The notes under the pieces are model-generated. The model saw only the letters and a program-made list of their open reading frames with translations. It did not search any database and was not told the DNA's origin. DNA of 46,143 nt from Candidatus Obscuribacteraceae bacterium. Lineage in GTDB: Bacteria > Cyanobacteriota > Vampirovibrionia > Obscuribacterales > Obscuribacteraceae. The stretch is taken from NCBI GenBank assembly GCA_044229845.1, contig JBGASG010000018.1, positions 1 to 46,143 on the forward strand, given 5' to 3'. Positions 1-10,594 of the stretch are shown in pieces; within the stretch, counting starts at the first letter, position 1, and the number at the start of each line of letters is the position of its first letter. A program made the translations under genes and the position numbers.

Positions 1-219
1 GGTGATCGTCCATCATGGGATATTCTTCAGCTCCAGTTGACCCGGGACGCGCCAACGCTGCCGTAATTTTACCCTCTGTGGCATGGGAACTTCACCATGC
101 GCGATCTTGATTTTCGCCCGTAAATGCCCACAATCAAAGGGTGGTCGTCGGAATAGAATTGATTTAACTGTAAAAGAGTTATGGGACACGAAGTAGTTCA
201 CGCACTGGTCCAACGAATA

Positions 220-879
220 ATGCGCGACAAGATCCTCTTGGGGTTGGTCGCACTCGGAATTTTCGTCGCCCTGTTTGGCATCGGCTCAATGGACGAAATG
301 CCTTCGGCAAAGCGCGATGCGCGCAAGAATGCGGAACAGCAGCAAGAACAGGCTTCGGCTCAGGCTCCGGGACAAGCACCCGGACAGGCACCCGGGCAGG
401 CACCCGGACAAGCGCCCGGACAAGCGCCCGGACAGCACGCAGCGCAGCCGGCAGCTCAACCTCCCGTGGCCAAAGCGGGTGGACCGGAACCGGCGCATGC
501 AACAAAATTCGTCCAGTGGTGGCTGAATTCCGCAATGGACTACAACACCGCGTCCGCATACAAGAGTCATCAGGATGCTCTGGCATGGATGACACCGGAA
601 GGACAGCACGATTTTTGCACTTATCTATGGACTCCCTCCATCGCCCAGAATGTCTGCAGCGGGCGGGTAGTAGCCGCCTTCCAACCAACCGCCATTCAAG
701 CCCAGGCTGTAAACCCTGACGGCTCCGTCGTGGTCGGCGTCATGGGCACTGTAGTCATTCAAGGACAAGCACAACCTGTCGTCCAGCAATTCCTCGGCAA
801 TTTTCTTGTAAAGCAAGACCCGGATGGACTTCGCGTCGCCGGTCTCTACACACGCCAGGCTCCGCTTGCCATCTATTGA
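220..879 (+). CDS. Single-pass membrane protein with QAPG-repeat linker and VirB8/DotI(IcmL)-like periplasmic domain
   Basis: ORF 181..879, likely start ATG 220. N-terminal TM (ILLGLVALGIFVALFGI), then (QAPG)6 linker. The C-terminal pattern FVQWW..SAMDYN...WMTPEG..DF..L plus beta strands resembles the NTF2-like VirB8/DotI fold. Confidence 0.55.
   Translation: MRDKILLGLVALGIFVALFGIGSMDEMPSAKRDARKNAEQQQEQASAQAPGQAPGQAPGQAPGQAPGQAPGQHAAQPAAQPPVAKAGGPEPAHATKFVQWWLNSAMDYNTASAYKSHQDALAWMTPEGQHDFCTYLWTPSIAQNVCSGRVVAAFQPTAIQAQAVNPDGSVVVGVMGTVVIQGQAQPVVQQFLGNFLVKQDPDGLRVAGLYTRQAPLAIY
361..432 (+). repeat. Six tandem 12-bp units (CARGCNCCSGGR) encoding QAPG x6
   Basis: caggctccggga caagcacccgga caggcacccggg caggcacccgga caagcgcccgga caagcgcccgga, read directly. 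Confidence 0.95.
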
Positions 880-937
880 TAGGCTCTTTCCAAGCCCTCG
901 CTTTTGTTTAAGACGCGGGCGTGGTCAGCTTGAGCTG

Positions 938-946
938 TGATATATT
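938..946 (+). promoter_or_regulatory. Putative extended -10 promoter for tRNA-Phe
   Basis: TGA-TATATT (TGn plus -10-like hexamer) about 40 nt upstream of the tRNA. Confidence 0.45.
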
Positions 947-987
947 GCTTATCGTGCTCGGTTGAGAAATCAATCGAGTAGCTCTGC

Positions 988-1060
<73 letters not shown>

Positions 1061-1079
1061 AATCTTTTACTCTTTAACC

Positions 1080-1436
1080 CTAAAGATCGGTGAGTCTGGC
1101 GCTCGGCTCGCTCGGTGCCGGCACAGGATTTGTCGTAGCCAGTCCGCACCCGTAGCAATAACGGGCTGACTCGGGCAGCTGACGGCTGCAGCGATAGCAG
1201 AAAGTGCTGGGATCTACCGTGAACTGGGTTTTCAGCCCATGTCCACAATGCATGCAGAAGCGGTCGGAACCACGCACGGCACGCTGGCATTCCGGGCAAT
1301 GGCAGCCAGTGGCATCGGACGGAGGACGGCAATCGATGCTTTCATCGCTGCGCGGAAAGCCACAGGCGCGGCAAAAGTTAGCTTTTGCCTTGTTAGTTGA
1401 CTGACACTGAGGACATGTATAGCCCTGTTCTTCCAT
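1080..1436 (-). CDS. Zinc-ribbon protein (three double zinc ribbons)
   Basis: Six CxxC motifs (CPQC/CRAC, CPEC/CMHC, CYRC/CYGC); start ATG 1436 follows GGGGAAGG. Confidence 0.8.
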   Translation of the reverse strand: MEEQGYTCPQCQSTNKAKANFCRACGFPRSDESIDCRPPSDATGCHCPECQRAVRGSDRFCMHCGHGLKTQFTVDPSTFCYRCSRQLPESARYCYGCGLATTNPVPAPSEPSARLTDL

Positions 1437-1537
1437 GGGTGCCTTCCCCTGCCAAAAACCTGGACCAATATAGCCCTGACAGGTGACAACGATCAACTAA
1501 CCGCATCACATATGCCGGACATATGAGAAGGATCTGT

Positions 1538-2323
1538 TTAATGTGCGTCAGCCCCTGCCGGGGTTTGCGGCGTCGGACTGGCGGTTGAGGCGTCGGAGCC
1601 TCCAGCAGTCTCGCCCGTAGTCGCCGGCGCCGTACCGACTGGAGCATCCGCACCCGGCACCGCAGGCGGTGGCGTAGCGCCGGCCGCTTCCAGAGTCTTG
1701 CACGTATCGATAACAATCTCGACGCGCCGATTAGCCTGGCGTCCCTGAGGGTTGTCTTTGCCGTCGGGTTTTGTATTCGGCGCGATCGGTTTCTTCTTGC
1801 CCCACCCCTGGACGACGGCGTCTTTGGCGACAAAGTGGTTCATCATCAGCCAGTTTTTTACCCGTTCGGCCCGCCGGACACTGAGCTCCTGGTTGTACTG
1901 ATCGTCGCCTTTCGAATCAGTGTGTCCATCTATGAAAACCGGATGCGGACCATAAGACAGAATCTTCGGTCCTAATAACTTGAGCGTCGCTTCCGCGTCG
2001 GGAGTGAGCGTCGCCTTGTCGAATTCAAACAACGTATCGGCGCAGACAATCAGTTTTTCCTTGCAGTCTTGTTTGACCGTCTTGATCGCCTTCCAGCCTT
2101 TGGGAGCCTCAATCTGTCCGGCCTGCTGCATTTGGCCCGGGTTTTGCATGGAACCAGGCGTTTGCATATCGTAGTTGCGACCCTTTTGTTTGTCGAACCA
2201 CTGATTGATTTTGCTGGCATCGTCCCAGGTCGCCTGCCCCGGCGACGGCGCGGGCGTCAGCACCACAATCGCTGCCGCCAGAGCGCACAAAGTAACCAAG
2301 CCCTGCTTGCCCACGCTAACCAT
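1538..2323 (-). CDS. Exported OmpA-family peptidoglycan-binding protein
   Basis: Signal peptide; LFEFDKATL, IDGHTDSKG, NQELSVRRAERV, NRRVEI motifs. Confidence 0.92.
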   Translation of the reverse strand: MVSVGKQGLVTLCALAAAIVVLTPAPSPGQATWDDASKINQWFDKQKGRNYDMQTPGSMQNPGQMQQAGQIEAPKGWKAIKTVKQDCKEKLIVCADTLFEFDKATLTPDAEATLKLLGPKILSYGPHPVFIDGHTDSKGDDQYNQELSVRRAERVKNWLMMNHFVAKDAVVQGWGKKKPIAPNTKPDGKDNPQGRQANRRVEIVIDTCKTLEAAGATPPPAVPGADAPVGTAPATTGETAGGSDASTASPTPQTPAGADAH

Positions 2324-2341
2324 GCCACACTCCTTTGTATG

Positions 2342-4543
2342 TTATGTGAGCCAGAAGTCCCGCACAAAACCTCTTTGCGAAAAGAAGTATTCGCGGTTGG
2401 GGATCTTGTATCCGGCATTCACCTTTCTCGCCATCAGTCCACCGTCGGCGAACTCCAGCTGCCATTCGTTATAGCCGCCGGTCTGGAAATCCATGGAGAT
2501 GCCGTCATCTTCGATATATACACCACGGGCAGTATCACCGTAGACATAGAAGGTAATCGCTTTTTGATCATACTCACCGGTGTGCTGCATGGTTTCAACA
2601 CCGGGAATGATTGCGCCTTCGCGCACGAAAGCTGGTGCCGAGCCGAGCGGCCATTCCACCACGTGTGTCTGTCCGCCGGGCAGCGGCTCGCCGCCCTGGA
2701 AGGGATACCAGTTGCCTTCCGGCAGGTAAACGGTGCGGGCGTTGCGGCCGCGACTGAGAATCGGCGCCACCAACATGTCGGCACCGAACATGAACTGGTC
2801 GTCCACTTGAGCGGCGAAGTCGTCGTGCGGATAATGCCAGATCAAAGGACGCATGATCGGTGCGCCGGTTCGGCGCGCTTCCCAGAAGAGGTTTTGCACA
2901 TACGGCAGCAGGCGATAGCGCGTCTCAATTAGATTGCGAATCAGGTCTTCCGTCTTTTCGTTGTATGCAAACGGTTCCTGCGCGCGCGTACCCATCGCCG
3001 AGTGGTTGCGGAAGAAAGGATAGAAGATCGCGGTTTCATACCAGCGCACCAGAAGCTCAGGCGTGCAGTCGCCACCAAAGCCGCCGATATCGACGCCACA
3101 AAACGGCGCACCGGAAAGTCCGAGGTTGAGCAACATTGGGATGCTCTCTTTGAGATGCTCGAACCACGACATATTGTCGCCGGGCCAGACGGCGGCATAT
3201 CGTTGAATGCCGGCAAAGCCGGAGCGCGACAAAACGAAGGGACGTTCATTGGGACGGTTGGATAGAAGTCCCTCGTACGTGGCGCTGCACATCAAAAATC
3301 CGTAGAGGTTGCGCACCTCGAAATGTCCAACTTCGCCCTCCGGCGTTTTCTGAAGACAGTTGTGCTGCTCCGTATCCGGCGGCAATTCCAAAAGTGTCGG
3401 CTTGATCGGCGACTTCTCATTGAAGAAGGCGGGTTCGTTCATGTCGTTCCAGACACCGGCTACACCGTGATCGACAAACCACTTATGCTTTGCCGCCCAC
3501 CAGCTGCGCGTTTCTTCCTGGCAAAAATCCGGGAACGCCGAGCGCCCGGGCCAGACGGTATCGATAAATACCTGCCCCTGCGGTGTTGTGCAAAAGAGGT
3601 CTTTTTTCTTTCCTTCTGCAAACACGCCGTAGTCCGCGTCTTCCTTGACGCCCGGATCGATGATCGTCACCACTTTGAAGTTTTGCCGATCGAGATCGGC
3701 TGTCATCTTTTTGAAATTCGGAAAGCGCTCTTTCGAGAGCGTAAAAACTCGATATTCATCCATGTAATCGATGTCGATGACGATGGCATCACAGGGAATT
3801 TTTCGCGATCTGTATTCGTCTGCTATTTCGCGCACCGTCGCTTCGTCGGGATAGCTCCAGCGACTCTGTTGGTGGCCGAGCGCCCAGCGCGGCGGCATCA
3901 CAGGTCGTCCCGTCAAGGTCGTATAGACATTGACGATTTCAGGCAACGAGGCCGGTCCAAAAACGTAAAGCGTCCAGCCGCGGCGGGTGAGAATTTCGAT
4001 GGTGGCATCACCATCCAGCTCCGAATCGAGATCCCAGCGGGTGGGCGCGCCGGTGTCCACGAAAACGCCGCTGAATTGCCCACTCTGTCCGTCTCCCAGA
4101 ATCAGGAAGGGAATCGCCTTGTACATGGCGTCCATGCCTTCGTTATGATTGTGGTTATCGGCTGTCACCAGCGAGTGCACCTGACCGCGCAAATTGAGAG
4201 GCGAGAAACGCTCTCCGAGCGCGAAGCATCGCACAGTCTCCGGCAGCGTGAAGAAAACGTCGAAACGTCCTTTCATAGATTGCTGCCAGGTCAAATTCTC
4301 CAACACATTCGGCGGCGCCGTGCCGTTGGTCCACTGCGCATCGTGCTCTACAGCCAGTGTTTGCGGCACCGACTTCGACCCGACCGGGATCACCGAAAGG
4401 CGATGCACTGTCAGCCCGGCGATGGTCGTTTTCTCCCACTTGCTGGCGCCCTTAAAAAGATCGCTCTGCCGTTGCGCTTTGCCTTTACGGTCGGCGCGCT
4501 TTCTGGCGTCATTCCACTCTGGAGCGGTCGGTGTTTCTAACAT
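2342..4543 (-). CDS. Glycoside hydrolase family 31 alpha-glucosidase
   Basis: WNDMNEP nucleophile motif, WPGDN, DIGGF, PFFRNHS; likely start ATG 4543 after GAGG. Confidence 0.93.
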   Translation of the reverse strand: MLETPTAPEWNDARKRADRKGKAQRQSDLFKGASKWEKTTIAGLTVHRLSVIPVGSKSVPQTLAVEHDAQWTNGTAPPNVLENLTWQQSMKGRFDVFFTLPETVRCFALGERFSPLNLRGQVHSLVTADNHNHNEGMDAMYKAIPFLILGDGQSGQFSGVFVDTGAPTRWDLDSELDGDATIEILTRRGWTLYVFGPASLPEIVNVYTTLTGRPVMPPRWALGHQQSRWSYPDEATVREIADEYRSRKIPCDAIVIDIDYMDEYRVFTLSKERFPNFKKMTADLDRQNFKVVTIIDPGVKEDADYGVFAEGKKKDLFCTTPQGQVFIDTVWPGRSAFPDFCQEETRSWWAAKHKWFVDHGVAGVWNDMNEPAFFNEKSPIKPTLLELPPDTEQHNCLQKTPEGEVGHFEVRNLYGFLMCSATYEGLLSNRPNERPFVLSRSGFAGIQRYAAVWPGDNMSWFEHLKESIPMLLNLGLSGAPFCGVDIGGFGGDCTPELLVRWYETAIFYPFFRNHSAMGTRAQEPFAYNEKTEDLIRNLIETRYRLLPYVQNLFWEARRTGAPIMRPLIWHYPHDDFAAQVDDQFMFGADMLVAPILSRGRNARTVYLPEGNWYPFQGGEPLPGGQTHVVEWPLGSAPAFVREGAIIPGVETMQHTGEYDQKAITFYVYGDTARGVYIEDDGISMDFQTGGYNEWQLEFADGGLMARKVNAGYKIPNREYFFSQRGFVRDFWLT

Positions 4544-4624
4544 TTTGGACACCTCGTATCGGCTGACAGGACATATATCGGAGTCCCCGTGCACCGTATC
4601 TGGTGCGACGGGCAACAACTTCAG

Positions 4625-5827
<1,203 letters not shown>

Positions 5828-5862
5828 GACGACCCCCGGGCGAACAGCCCTGCGGTAAAGAC

Positions 5863-5890
5863 TGATCTGACGCTAAACAGCGTCAGATCA
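5863..5890 (-). terminator. 12-bp stem hairpin downstream of the caspase-like gene
   Basis: TGATCTGACGCT-AAAC-AGCGTCAGATCA perfect inverted repeat; short U-tract (GTCTTT) on the minus strand. Confidence 0.6.
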
Positions 5891-5916
5891 TATCCTATTG
5901 AGCATCGAGAGAGGCC

Positions 5917-7881
5917 TCAGTCATCCACTTTCAATACAGATTTGAACTGTTTGACCAGCTGCTCCGAGGCTTCCTGCATAACTTCCTTCTCGAAGTATTT
6001 GCGCCCGCCGCCCAGGTCTCCCTGCCACGGCGCCTTGTGCACTTTCAATCCCTGGACGGTTTGCAAAACCTGTCCGGTGTCGCCTGATATCAGGCGCGCG
6101 GTGACCTTCACATCGTATTTGTTGGAAGTAAAACTGGTGGCCCAGTCCGCTTCGTCAATTGTCCCGGTGATCAGGTATTTGGCTTGCGCAGTGGCCGCAA
6201 TCCGCTTCCACTTGTCCGGCGTCCAGCCACTTGTGTCTATCTTGTCGACAGCCGGCAGGTGCATGTCGTCGTTGATCGCCATGTTGACCATGCGCGGTCC
6301 GAGTGTGCGCGCTTTATATTGAGCACGCAACTCGTCGAACAAACGCGATGACAGCTTAGGCGCCAGGTTAACCAGTTCGCTCTTGTTGGAGATTTTGCCC
6401 CAGACAACATTCTGGCTGGGCGCCACATTAATCACAGTCGGACCGGTGAAGGGAATGACTGCGATATTCGGAGGCAATGGTCCGCCTGGAACGTAGCCAC
6501 CGCCACCACTTTTCTTGTCGAGAATGCTGCCCAGATCGGTTTTGTTTGCCGGGGCAACCGCCGATGACTTCGCCATGTTATCGAAAGTGGGGACCTCAGC
6601 CGGCTTGCTGGCCAGCAAAGTGGTGCTGGAGGAGTGTGACGCGCCCACAGATCCGGTGCCAATCGGCACCGACGCCACAGGCGTGGAGGGCGGCCGCGGA
6701 TGTGGTGGCTCGATCGGCATGGACGTCGCGGCACCGGCTTTCATCGTCAGTGCAGCAGCTGGCGTACGCCGTCCGGCTTTAGAAACCGGGCGGGAGCCGT
6801 CCGTCGACACCTTGCCGATAGGGGGAGTGGACGGTTTGGCAGAAGCCGTAGCAGGAACGGGTGTCGACTGAGCAGAAGTCGGGGTAGACTGGGCAGGAGT
6901 AGGTGCTGCCAGAGAATCGGTTTCAGCCGGCGTTTGCGCCGCCGGCGAAGCCGGAGTCGGCGGCGCTACGTCAGGAGGTGGCAATGCAGCCACTTTCGTG
7001 GCACCGGTATCCGGTGATAGTGCCACCACCGGCTCGCGACCATCCCACGTGCTTTTCATGACAGGCGTTTGCGGCACGCCGCGCTCGTTCATGGCAGTGT
7101 TGTACACACTCATTTTCAAAGAACGAAACATGTCGCTGAGCGTGGTGCTGTCGCCGGATTTGTTCAACGTTTCAATCAGGCAACGCGTGAATACGCTGTT
7201 CGGTTTGTCTTTGAGCTCCCAGGAGCGCTCATTGGGCATGCTTGATAGAAAGATCACTTTGCCCTTGCCGAGCCGGACATTGGTGGCGTCGAGCCCCTTG
7301 CGAGCTAATCCCTTGCCGCCGGACAATTTGTCGCCCGCGGCTAATGCACCACTGTGGCAGGCGTCGAGGATCAAAATAATGCGATCGGAATTGATTCTTT
7401 TCGAAATGATGTCGACGAGATCCTGCATGTCCATCGCTGTGGCGAACAAGTTTTCAGGCTCGCTGTCATAAGTGAGCAGATAGTTGTAGTTGGCTTTGTT
7501 GTTGTCGGCCTCGCCAGGGCTGCCGTGGGTCGAAATGAAGATGACGACCAGATCGTTCGGCTCCGCCATGTGCGGCAGCCAGGTGCTGCCCAGGTTTGAG
7601 AGCAAAGATTTGAGCGTGGCATTCTCGTTGGTCAAAACCTTGACGTGGTCTTTCTCGAAGCCGACCTGGTCGGTCAAGAATTGCGAGAAGTCATTGGCAT
7701 CCTTGTCTGCATACCGGAGGTTGATTTCGGGATTCTGAAACTTGCTGACACCCACCACCAGCGCCCACTTCTGTCCAATAGCGGAATCAGACTGGTCCGC
7801 GGCGTGTGCCGGGGGCGCCATTGTCGTAACCATCAACACGGATGCCAGCACCAGTGCCGAAAAACGCGCGCTCAAACCCAT
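5917..7881 (-). CDS. Secreted caspase-family (peptidase C14) protein with Pro/Ala/Thr linker and C-terminal CsgG/TolB-N-like domain
   Basis: Signal peptide; KWALVVGVSKF, catalytic STHGS and LDACHSG, QTPV; C-terminal YLITGTI...ARLISGDTGQVL. Confidence 0.88.
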   Translation of the reverse strand: MGLSARFSALVLASVLMVTTMAPPAHAADQSDSAIGQKWALVVGVSKFQNPEINLRYADKDANDFSQFLTDQVGFEKDHVKVLTNENATLKSLLSNLGSTWLPHMAEPNDLVVIFISTHGSPGEADNNKANYNYLLTYDSEPENLFATAMDMQDLVDIISKRINSDRIILILDACHSGALAAGDKLSGGKGLARKGLDATNVRLGKGKVIFLSSMPNERSWELKDKPNSVFTRCLIETLNKSGDSTTLSDMFRSLKMSVYNTAMNERGVPQTPVMKSTWDGREPVVALSPDTGATKVAALPPPDVAPPTPASPAAQTPAETDSLAAPTPAQSTPTSAQSTPVPATASAKPSTPPIGKVSTDGSRPVSKAGRRTPAAALTMKAGAATSMPIEPPHPRPPSTPVASVPIGTGSVGASHSSSTTLLASKPAEVPTFDNMAKSSAVAPANKTDLGSILDKKSGGGGYVPGGPLPPNIAVIPFTGPTVINVAPSQNVVWGKISNKSELVNLAPKLSSRLFDELRAQYKARTLGPRMVNMAINDDMHLPAVDKIDTSGWTPDKWKRIAATAQAKYLITGTIDEADWATSFTSNKYDVKVTARLISGDTGQVLQTVQGLKVHKAPWQGDLGGGRKYFEKEVMQEASEQLVKQFKSVLKVDD

Positions 7882-7884
7882 TGT

Positions 7885-9039
7885 TTAGTCGACCTGCCGA
7901 AGTTCACAGAGAGGAAAATAATACTTCAGTATATCCTTGTATGTCCGACCTTGCCGGGCCTGCTCGTTAGCGCCCCACTGGCACATGCCTACGCCATGCC
8001 CCGCTCCGGTGGACCGAAATTCGACCATACCGTCGGCGGTTCTGGTCATACAGAAGCGCGTACCGGGCACTTTGTCCCAGCCAAGATTCTGCCCGATGCG
8101 AATCCAGAAGTTATAAGCGTTGTAGGGAGCACCACCGACGGCATCCTGAAGCAGGATCGGGCGCTTTGCTGTGTCGAGCAGAAAGACGCGCGGCAGTCCG
8201 TGAGTGTGCAGCCTGGCGAACTGCTTTGCAGGCACGGCAGTCACGGTAGTCTTCCAGAAAGGCGATGGTCGACAAAATTCACAGCGGACGGCCGTCGCAT
8301 ATGGAACTGCACCGTGTTTACCTTTGAACAGCTCGCCACCATCACTGGTGCCACCGGCACAGGTGGAATGATAAAAAGTTTCGATCGGCAGACCCTTGTA
8401 CGTAAGCACCCGCCCCCAGACTTCGGTCAACGCCTGGCGCGCTTCCGGACGTTCATGATCGGCGCCGAGATAAGCTTCCGCTTGCGTGGTGTCGTCCAGG
8501 AGATCGCCGCGCTTGTATCTGGAAAGCCGTGACTGCGTGAGCACCGCTTGCGCCTTCAAAGCTTCGCTGCACCACTGCGGCAGCGTCTCGCTGCCGAGAA
8601 CGGCGATTATATAGTCGCGCGCATCAACAATATTGCGCGCCTCCACGGTCTTTTGATCGGCAGTGGTGAAACAGACCAAACCCCGATAGCGGCGCTGGCC
8701 GGCGGCGCTATGGCTGATGGACAGTGGGATGCCGCCGACTCCGGAGAGTACCAGCTGCCGTCCCGTCAGCAAAGCTTTTCCGCTGTCTTTCCCGGTCAGC
8801 GGCACCAGCCGCAAGCCACCAGCTGTGGTGCTGATCCGATAGCTGCCCGCCGGCAAATCGCGGGGGCGCGGTGAAATCATCTGAGCCGGCCCGGATATTT
8901 GATAGTACGCCGCCGCTGTGTGCGCTTGAAAAATGCGCACCTCGACTTTGGCAGGGCGAGCGGCAAAAGCATCTGGGGCTGCTCCTACCAGGAGCCAGCC
9001 CCAAACGACGATAGCTGTTATTAGTTTAGCTGGCGGCAT
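7885..9039 (-). CDS. SpoIID/LytB domain protein (lytic transglycosylase-like), exported
   Basis: Signal peptide; YRG, YIIAVLGSE, EALKAQAV, TFYHSTCAG, GAGHGVGMCQWGA, ILKYYFP. Confidence 0.92.
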   Translation of the reverse strand: MPPAKLITAIVVWGWLLVGAAPDAFAARPAKVEVRIFQAHTAAAYYQISGPAQMISPRPRDLPAGSYRISTTAGGLRLVPLTGKDSGKALLTGRQLVLSGVGGIPLSISHSAAGQRRYRGLVCFTTADQKTVEARNIVDARDYIIAVLGSETLPQWCSEALKAQAVLTQSRLSRYKRGDLLDDTTQAEAYLGADHERPEARQALTEVWGRVLTYKGLPIETFYHSTCAGGTSDGGELFKGKHGAVPYATAVRCEFCRPSPFWKTTVTAVPAKQFARLHTHGLPRVFLLDTAKRPILLQDAVGGAPYNAYNFWIRIGQNLGWDKVPGTRFCMTRTADGMVEFRSTGAGHGVGMCQWGANEQARQGRTYKDILKYYFPLCELRQVD

Positions 9040-9051
9040 CTTGCCGCAATT

Positions 9052-9273
9052 CTAAGCCGAATAGGCGAGCATGGGCAACATGCTGATGGCAGACTCCGTT
9101 TCCAGATCGAAATGGCGCGGTTCGGCATCCAATGTGTCCTGATCCATTTGCTCGAGCAGCACCATGGCTAGCTGCAGCAAATCAACGTCATCGTCGGCGT
9201 ATTCGATGGCGGTATCAAACAGATCACTGAATTCACTGTCGTCGCTGCTGTCGATTACGTACTTCATGGTCAT
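9052..9273 (-). CDS. Small acidic hypothetical protein
   Basis: ORF with AAAGGA RBS before ATG 9273/9267; strongly Asp/Glu-rich. Confidence 0.6.
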   Translation of the reverse strand: MTMKYVIDSSDDSEFSDLFDTAIEYADDDVDLLQLAMVLLEQMDQDTLDAEPRHFDLETESAISMLPMLAYSA

Positions 9274-9399
9274 GTCCTTTCTGTTAACCAATCGTCCACG
9301 ATTGCAACAACGATCAGCCGATCAGAAATAGGAGTGCCACCACAAAAAATTCGGAAAAATATTTCTTCGCCCGGAAGCGTCCGATAACCGGCATACGCG

Positions 9400-10482
9400 C
9401 TAGATACCGGTCCGGTATATGACGTCGCGCCCGATCCCGTTCACGTCAGGGCAGCCCGACAACATAAGGGCCAGGTCCAGTTCTTGACGCAACAATTCGA
9501 GCACGGAAGTGACACCATCTTCGCCACCAACCGCCAGCCCCCACAAAGCCGGACGTCCGATTAACACGGCGCGCGCACCAAGAGCCAGGGCCTTCAATAC
9601 ATCAGTGCCGCGACGCACGCCGCCGTCGACGAGAATTTCCGCCCGCCCGCGGCAAGCCTCGGCAATCGCCGGCAAGACATCGATGGTAGCCGGCACCGTG
9701 TCCAGCTGCCGACCGCCATGGTTGGACACGATGATTCCCGCCGCACCATATTCGATGGCGCGCTCAGCGTCGTCGACTCGCAAAATTCCTTTCACCAGCA
9801 CCGGCAATTTGGTGATTGACTTGAGCCACTGCAAATCAGCCCAGGTAAGCGCTGTGTCGTAGAGCGAGGCGATGTAAGCGGCTAGACCGGAGTCTGCCGC
9901 TTCTTTGGGCAAGTCCGACAATCCGGCTGTCGATAGATTGGCCAGGCACAGTCCTTCGGGAAGTCGAAAACAGTTGCGCACATCGCGCTCGCGCCGACCA
10001 AGATGGGGTGAGTCTACAGTCAGAACAATTGCCGTGCAGCCGGCATTCTCCGCACGTTGCACCAGCGAAGCCGTGATCTCGCGATCTTTGTATACGTAGA
10101 GCTGGAACCAGACCGGCCCGGACGCGGCAACGGTCACTTCTTCTATTGAGGCGGTCGACAGCGTACTGAGCACCATGATGGTCCCGGCTTTGCCAGCAGC
10201 CTTCACCATGGCAACCTCGCCCTCCGGATGCGCCATGCGCTGCATTGCCGTCGGTGCGATCAACACCGGCATAGAGAGCTGGTCGCCGAAGATGGACGTT
10301 TGCAGCTGCCTTTTGCTGACGTCGACCAACATGCGGGGCGCCAGCTGCAGGCGGCGATACGCCTGGCAATTTTCCTGGAGAGTAATCTCGTCGTTGGCGC
10401 CACTTGAATAGTAGTCGTACGCCATTGTCGGCAAGACTGCGCGCGCGCAAGCCTCGAACTCATTCAAGTTGACAGCGGCCAT
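9400..10482 (-). CDS. FMN-dependent alpha-hydroxy acid oxidase/dehydrogenase (glycolate/lactate oxidase family)
   Basis: YYSSGANDE, APTA, WFQLY, TVD, SNHGGRQLD, DGGVRRGTD; start ATG 10482 after GAGG. Confidence 0.94.
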   Translation of the reverse strand: MAAVNLNEFEACARAVLPTMAYDYYSSGANDEITLQENCQAYRRLQLAPRMLVDVSKRQLQTSIFGDQLSMPVLIAPTAMQRMAHPEGEVAMVKAAGKAGTIMVLSTLSTASIEEVTVAASGPVWFQLYVYKDREITASLVQRAENAGCTAIVLTVDSPHLGRRERDVRNCFRLPEGLCLANLSTAGLSDLPKEAADSGLAAYIASLYDTALTWADLQWLKSITKLPVLVKGILRVDDAERAIEYGAAGIIVSNHGGRQLDTVPATIDVLPAIAEACRGRAEILVDGGVRRGTDVLKALALGARAVLIGRPALWGLAVGGEDGVTSVLELLRQELDLALMLSGCPDVNGIGRDVIYRTGI

Positions 10483-10540
10483 GCCATCGCCCTCAGGTAA
10501 AACGCTGCTTAGTTTACGCTCAAGCCGTCCAGACAACAAA

Positions 10541-10566
10541 AAGCTGAACCGATATCGGTTCAGCTT
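10541..10566 (-). terminator. Intrinsic terminator (perfect 26-bp palindrome)
   Basis: AAGCTGAACCGATATCGGTTCAGCTT followed on the minus strand by TTTGTTG. Confidence 0.75.
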
Positions 10567-10594
10567 CCAAAACTTTGTCGACGCTCCGGTCTAT

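Noticed and set aside
13..213. 66-aa minus-strand ORF at the window edge
   Set aside because: No recognisable features; probably the promoter region or start of a gene lying outside the window
361..432. Possible CRISPR-like repeat
   Set aside because: Contiguous 12-bp coding units with no spacers, and no cas genes
3323..4540. 405-aa plus-strand ORF (also 2069..2932, 7645..8532, 40873..41928 and other long antisense ORFs)
   Set aside because: Shadow frames opposite well-supported genes in GC-rich DNA; no motifs or RBS
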